A DNA stretch of 18,347 nt from a bacterium (GTDB taxonomy: Bacteria > SZUA-182 > DTGQ01), in NCBI GenBank assembly GCA_040752695.1, contig JBFMGO010000117.1, forward strand, positions 1 through 18,347, written 5' to 3'. A program made the translations under genes and the position numbers. Under the pieces are notes generated by a model that saw only the letters and a program-made list of their open reading frames with translations, had not been told where the DNA came from and did not search any database. Numbering within the stretch: the stretch's first letter is position 1; each line of letters opens with the position of its first letter. Of the stretch, positions 16,671-18,347 are shown one piece after another.

Positions 16671-16673
16671 TTT
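16640..16673 (+). terminator. Possible intrinsic terminator/attenuator after the major capsid gene
   Basis: Stem AATATCGGTAT-aaa-ATGCCGACATT (one mismatch, one G:U pair) followed 4 nt later by T5. Confidence 0.4.
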
Positions 16674-16691
16674 ATAAATTTGGAGAACTTT

Positions 16692-17138
16692 ATGATTGTT
16701 TTTTATGATAATCCTAATATTTTGAGTTTGCCATATACCCTTGATGGCATTCAACGATATTTTGACTTCGTGCCTGGGAAAAACGAAATTCATCCTGAAG
16801 TCTGGAAAGCGATATCTGCCTGCAACAAAGAGAGATTGGATAACCATTATTCTCAGTTTTTGCGGGTCTTTAATCCAATGCTCGAACGGGTACCTCCATC
16901 GGCAGAGAATGAACTGCCACTCGAAATAGAAGTGGGTAAAGAAAATTTCGCTTTCCATGATCTCACGGTCCAGCAGGCACTGGATTTAGTCCAGAACACG
17001 ATGGCCATCGATGAGTTACACGCCTACAAGGATGCGGAGAACTCGCAAAAAAGGCCTCGCAAGGTGGTATTGAACACAATCGATTCCAGGATAGCGGAGA
17101 TCTCCGAGCTTGATAAAAAGATCAAAGAGGCCCAATAA
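16692..17138 (+). CDS. Phage hypothetical protein downstream of the major capsid gene
   Basis: ATG 16692 after RBS GGAG. FVPGKNEI..EVW motif and a C-terminal RPRKVVLNTIDSRIAEI helical motif, as seen in post-capsid accessory proteins. Positional evidence mainly. Confidence 0.7.
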   Translation: MIVFYDNPNILSLPYTLDGIQRYFDFVPGKNEIHPEVWKAISACNKERLDNHYSQFLRVFNPMLERVPPSAENELPLEIEVGKENFAFHDLTVQQALDLVQNTMAIDELHAYKDAENSQKRPRKVVLNTIDSRIAEISELDKKIKEAQ

Positions 17139-17141
17139 GAG

Positions 17142-17507
17142 ATGACGGATACCTCCCAGACCAAGGTTTTGACAATCGCACCGGAATTATCGGGGGTCAG
17201 GACTTCTGTGTGGACCTTGATTTTGGCTGATGTGGCAGCAGAAGTAACGTTTGATACCTATGGGAGCAGGCAGGAAATTGCCCAGCGGTATCTGGCCGCT
17301 CACTACCTCACGCTGATTAAAGATGATCCCTTGAGGCGGGCAGATGCAGCGGGGCCTGTGGCCTCGGATAGCTCTGGCCAGGTTTCCACCAATTACGTAG
17401 CGGTGAATTATCGGGATCGGAATCGGTATGATGAAACTCTGTATGGGAGAATGTTTAACCAGATCCGCAAATCCGTAGCGGTGCCATTTACGGTGATAAC
17501 GCCATGA
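17142..17507 (+). CDS. Head-tail adaptor protein (DUF4054-like)
   Basis: 121 aa. IAPEL...AQRYLAAHYLTL...GPVASDSSGQVSTNY...TLYGRMFNQIRK. Confidence 0.8.
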   Translation: MTDTSQTKVLTIAPELSGVRTSVWTLILADVAAEVTFDTYGSRQEIAQRYLAAHYLTLIKDDPLRRADAAGPVASDSSGQVSTNYVAVNYRDRNRYDETLYGRMFNQIRKSVAVPFTVITP

Positions 17508-17535
17508 TGAGAATACAGAGATAACGCCATGATGA
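17495..17535. repeat. Perfect 16-bp direct repeat (25-bp period) duplicating a stop/start junction
   Basis: GATAACGCCATGATGA at 17495-17510 and at 17520-17535. Confidence 0.95.
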
Positions 17536-18014
17536 AAGCCAAGATTTTTATCCGTGATAATTCGGATTTAATGGACGGGATGGTGCGGGCTATTCATGGG
17601 ATGGCAGGCAAGGAGAATGCGGTCGATGTGGGCCTTTTCGGCAGCCAGGGGAGCGATCTGGTTGAATATGCCACAAAGAATGAATTTGGGGACCCACATA
17701 ACACTATCAATGGGAGGCCTGCTCCTATACCGGCCAGATCCTTTATCCGTTCTACCTTCGATGAGCAAAGGCAGGATCTGCACGAGAAAATCGCCAAGGC
17801 CAAGGTGAACCTGGTTTTAGGCAAACTGGACAAGGTTAAATTCCTGAATGTAATCGGATTGCTTTTGCAAAGAAAGATCGTGGAAAAGATCGATCGCAGC
17901 CCGGAGTGGGCAGTCCCTAACGCACCTTTGACTATCTTGAAGAAAAAAAGCGATCATCCTCTTATCGATACAGGCCGGATGCGACAATCCATAACACACA
18001 GAGTGGTGAAATAG
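17529..18014 (+). CDS. Phage neck/virion morphogenesis protein (HK97 gp10-like group)
   Basis: 161 aa. VDVGLF...YATKNEFG...IPARSFIRST...PNAPLTILKKKSDHPLIDTGRMRQSITHRV. Confidence 0.8.
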   Translation: MMKAKIFIRDNSDLMDGMVRAIHGMAGKENAVDVGLFGSQGSDLVEYATKNEFGDPHNTINGRPAPIPARSFIRSTFDEQRQDLHEKIAKAKVNLVLGKLDKVKFLNVIGLLLQRKIVEKIDRSPEWAVPNAPLTILKKKSDHPLIDTGRMRQSITHRVVK

Positions 18015-18045
18015 GTCCCAGCATGGAGTATAGGTTCCAGTATGG
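18011..18045. repeat. Imperfect 16-bp direct repeat (19-bp period) duplicating a stop/start junction
   Basis: ATAGGTCCCAGCATGG (18011-18026) vs ATAGGTTCCAGTATGG (18030-18045), 14/16 identical. Confidence 0.85.
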
Positions 18046-18347
18046 GTTCAATGAATAGTGAAAAGATCCTGGTTACCCGTAAGATTCCCGGTTCATATGT
18101 CAACGGGCATTTTGTAGAAGGAAAAGACCGTTATTATACCGTCAAGGCAGACATTCAGCCTTTATCTGGGAAGGAGATCCTTCAATTGGCCGAGGCAGAC
18201 CGGATCAGGGAAAGCCTGAAGATTTTTACCACATTCGAGTTGGAGTTTGGTGATACGGTGAAAAGGGGACAAAAAAATTATGAGATCCAAAAAATAGCAG
18301 ACTTTTTCTTTTCCCGTGTCCCCCATTATGAGGCGATCGCAGTCTTA
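18042..18347 (+). CDS. Phage head-closure/neck protein (partial, runs off the window; absent from the ORF track)
   Basis: My translation is open to the window edge: MGSMNSEKILVTRKIPGSYVNGHFVEGKDRYYTVKADIQPLSGKEILQLAEADRIRESLKIFTTFELEFGDTVKRGQKNYEIQKIADFSFSRVPHYEAIAVL. The G.Y.NG.FVEG and IQPLSGKE..QL.E.DR motifs are typical of this group. Confidence 0.78.
   Translation, partial: MGSMNSEKILVTRKIPGSYVNGHFVEGKDRYYTVKADIQPLSGKEILQLAEADRIRESLKIFTTFELEFGDTVKRGQKNYEIQKIADFFFSRVPHYEAIAVL

Larger units (their letters stand above)
13369..18347 (+). mobile_element. Tailed-phage (prophage or phage-derived) head/neck morphogenesis module
   Basis: Seven co-oriented genes in the usual DUF2213 - decoration - DUF2184 capsid - hypothetical - DUF4054 - neck - head-closure order. 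Element boundaries are not visible. Confidence 0.88.

Noticed and set aside
15624..16958. 444-aa minus-strand ORF
   Set aside because: Antisense shadow of the major capsid gene with no recognisable domain.
575..17999. Remaining short ORFs (60-215 aa) in the six-frame track
   Set aside because: All overlap well-supported genes on the opposite strand or in another frame and show no recognisable motifs.
1..18347. tRNA, rRNA, IS element, retron or DGR components
   Set aside because: I saw no cloverleaf, transposase, reverse transcriptase or template/variable repeat pair. A tRNAscan or Infernal run would be needed to exclude small ncRNAs formally.

Overview
The window has two divergently oriented blocks joined by a 370-bp intergenic region. 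(1) Minus strand, ~105-13000: a defence operon. It runs excisionase-like HTH, brxF, brxC/pglY (DUF6079-type ATPase), a Schlafen/AlbA_2 + RecG-C-like protein, a pglXI-type DNA methyltransferase, and a large STAND/NLR-like ATPase with an N-terminal Mrr-like nuclease motif (Avs2-like). This is the front half of a type 3 BREX locus with two unrelated defence-type genes nested in it. brxHII, pglZ and brxA are not in the window. The STAND gene appears to end abruptly against an AT-rich promoter/operator that drives a different leftward gene starting at 15. (2) Plus strand, 13369 to the window end: a tailed-phage head/neck module (DUF2213 protease/scaffold, decoration protein, DUF2184 major capsid, hypothetical protein, DUF4054 adaptor, neck protein, head-closure protein). 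No terminase, portal or gpF gene lies immediately upstream. Many intergenic gaps in both blocks consist of short degenerate tandem duplications with different periods (13, 19, 22 and 25 bp). Family assignments come from motif recognition and gene order only; no searches were run.
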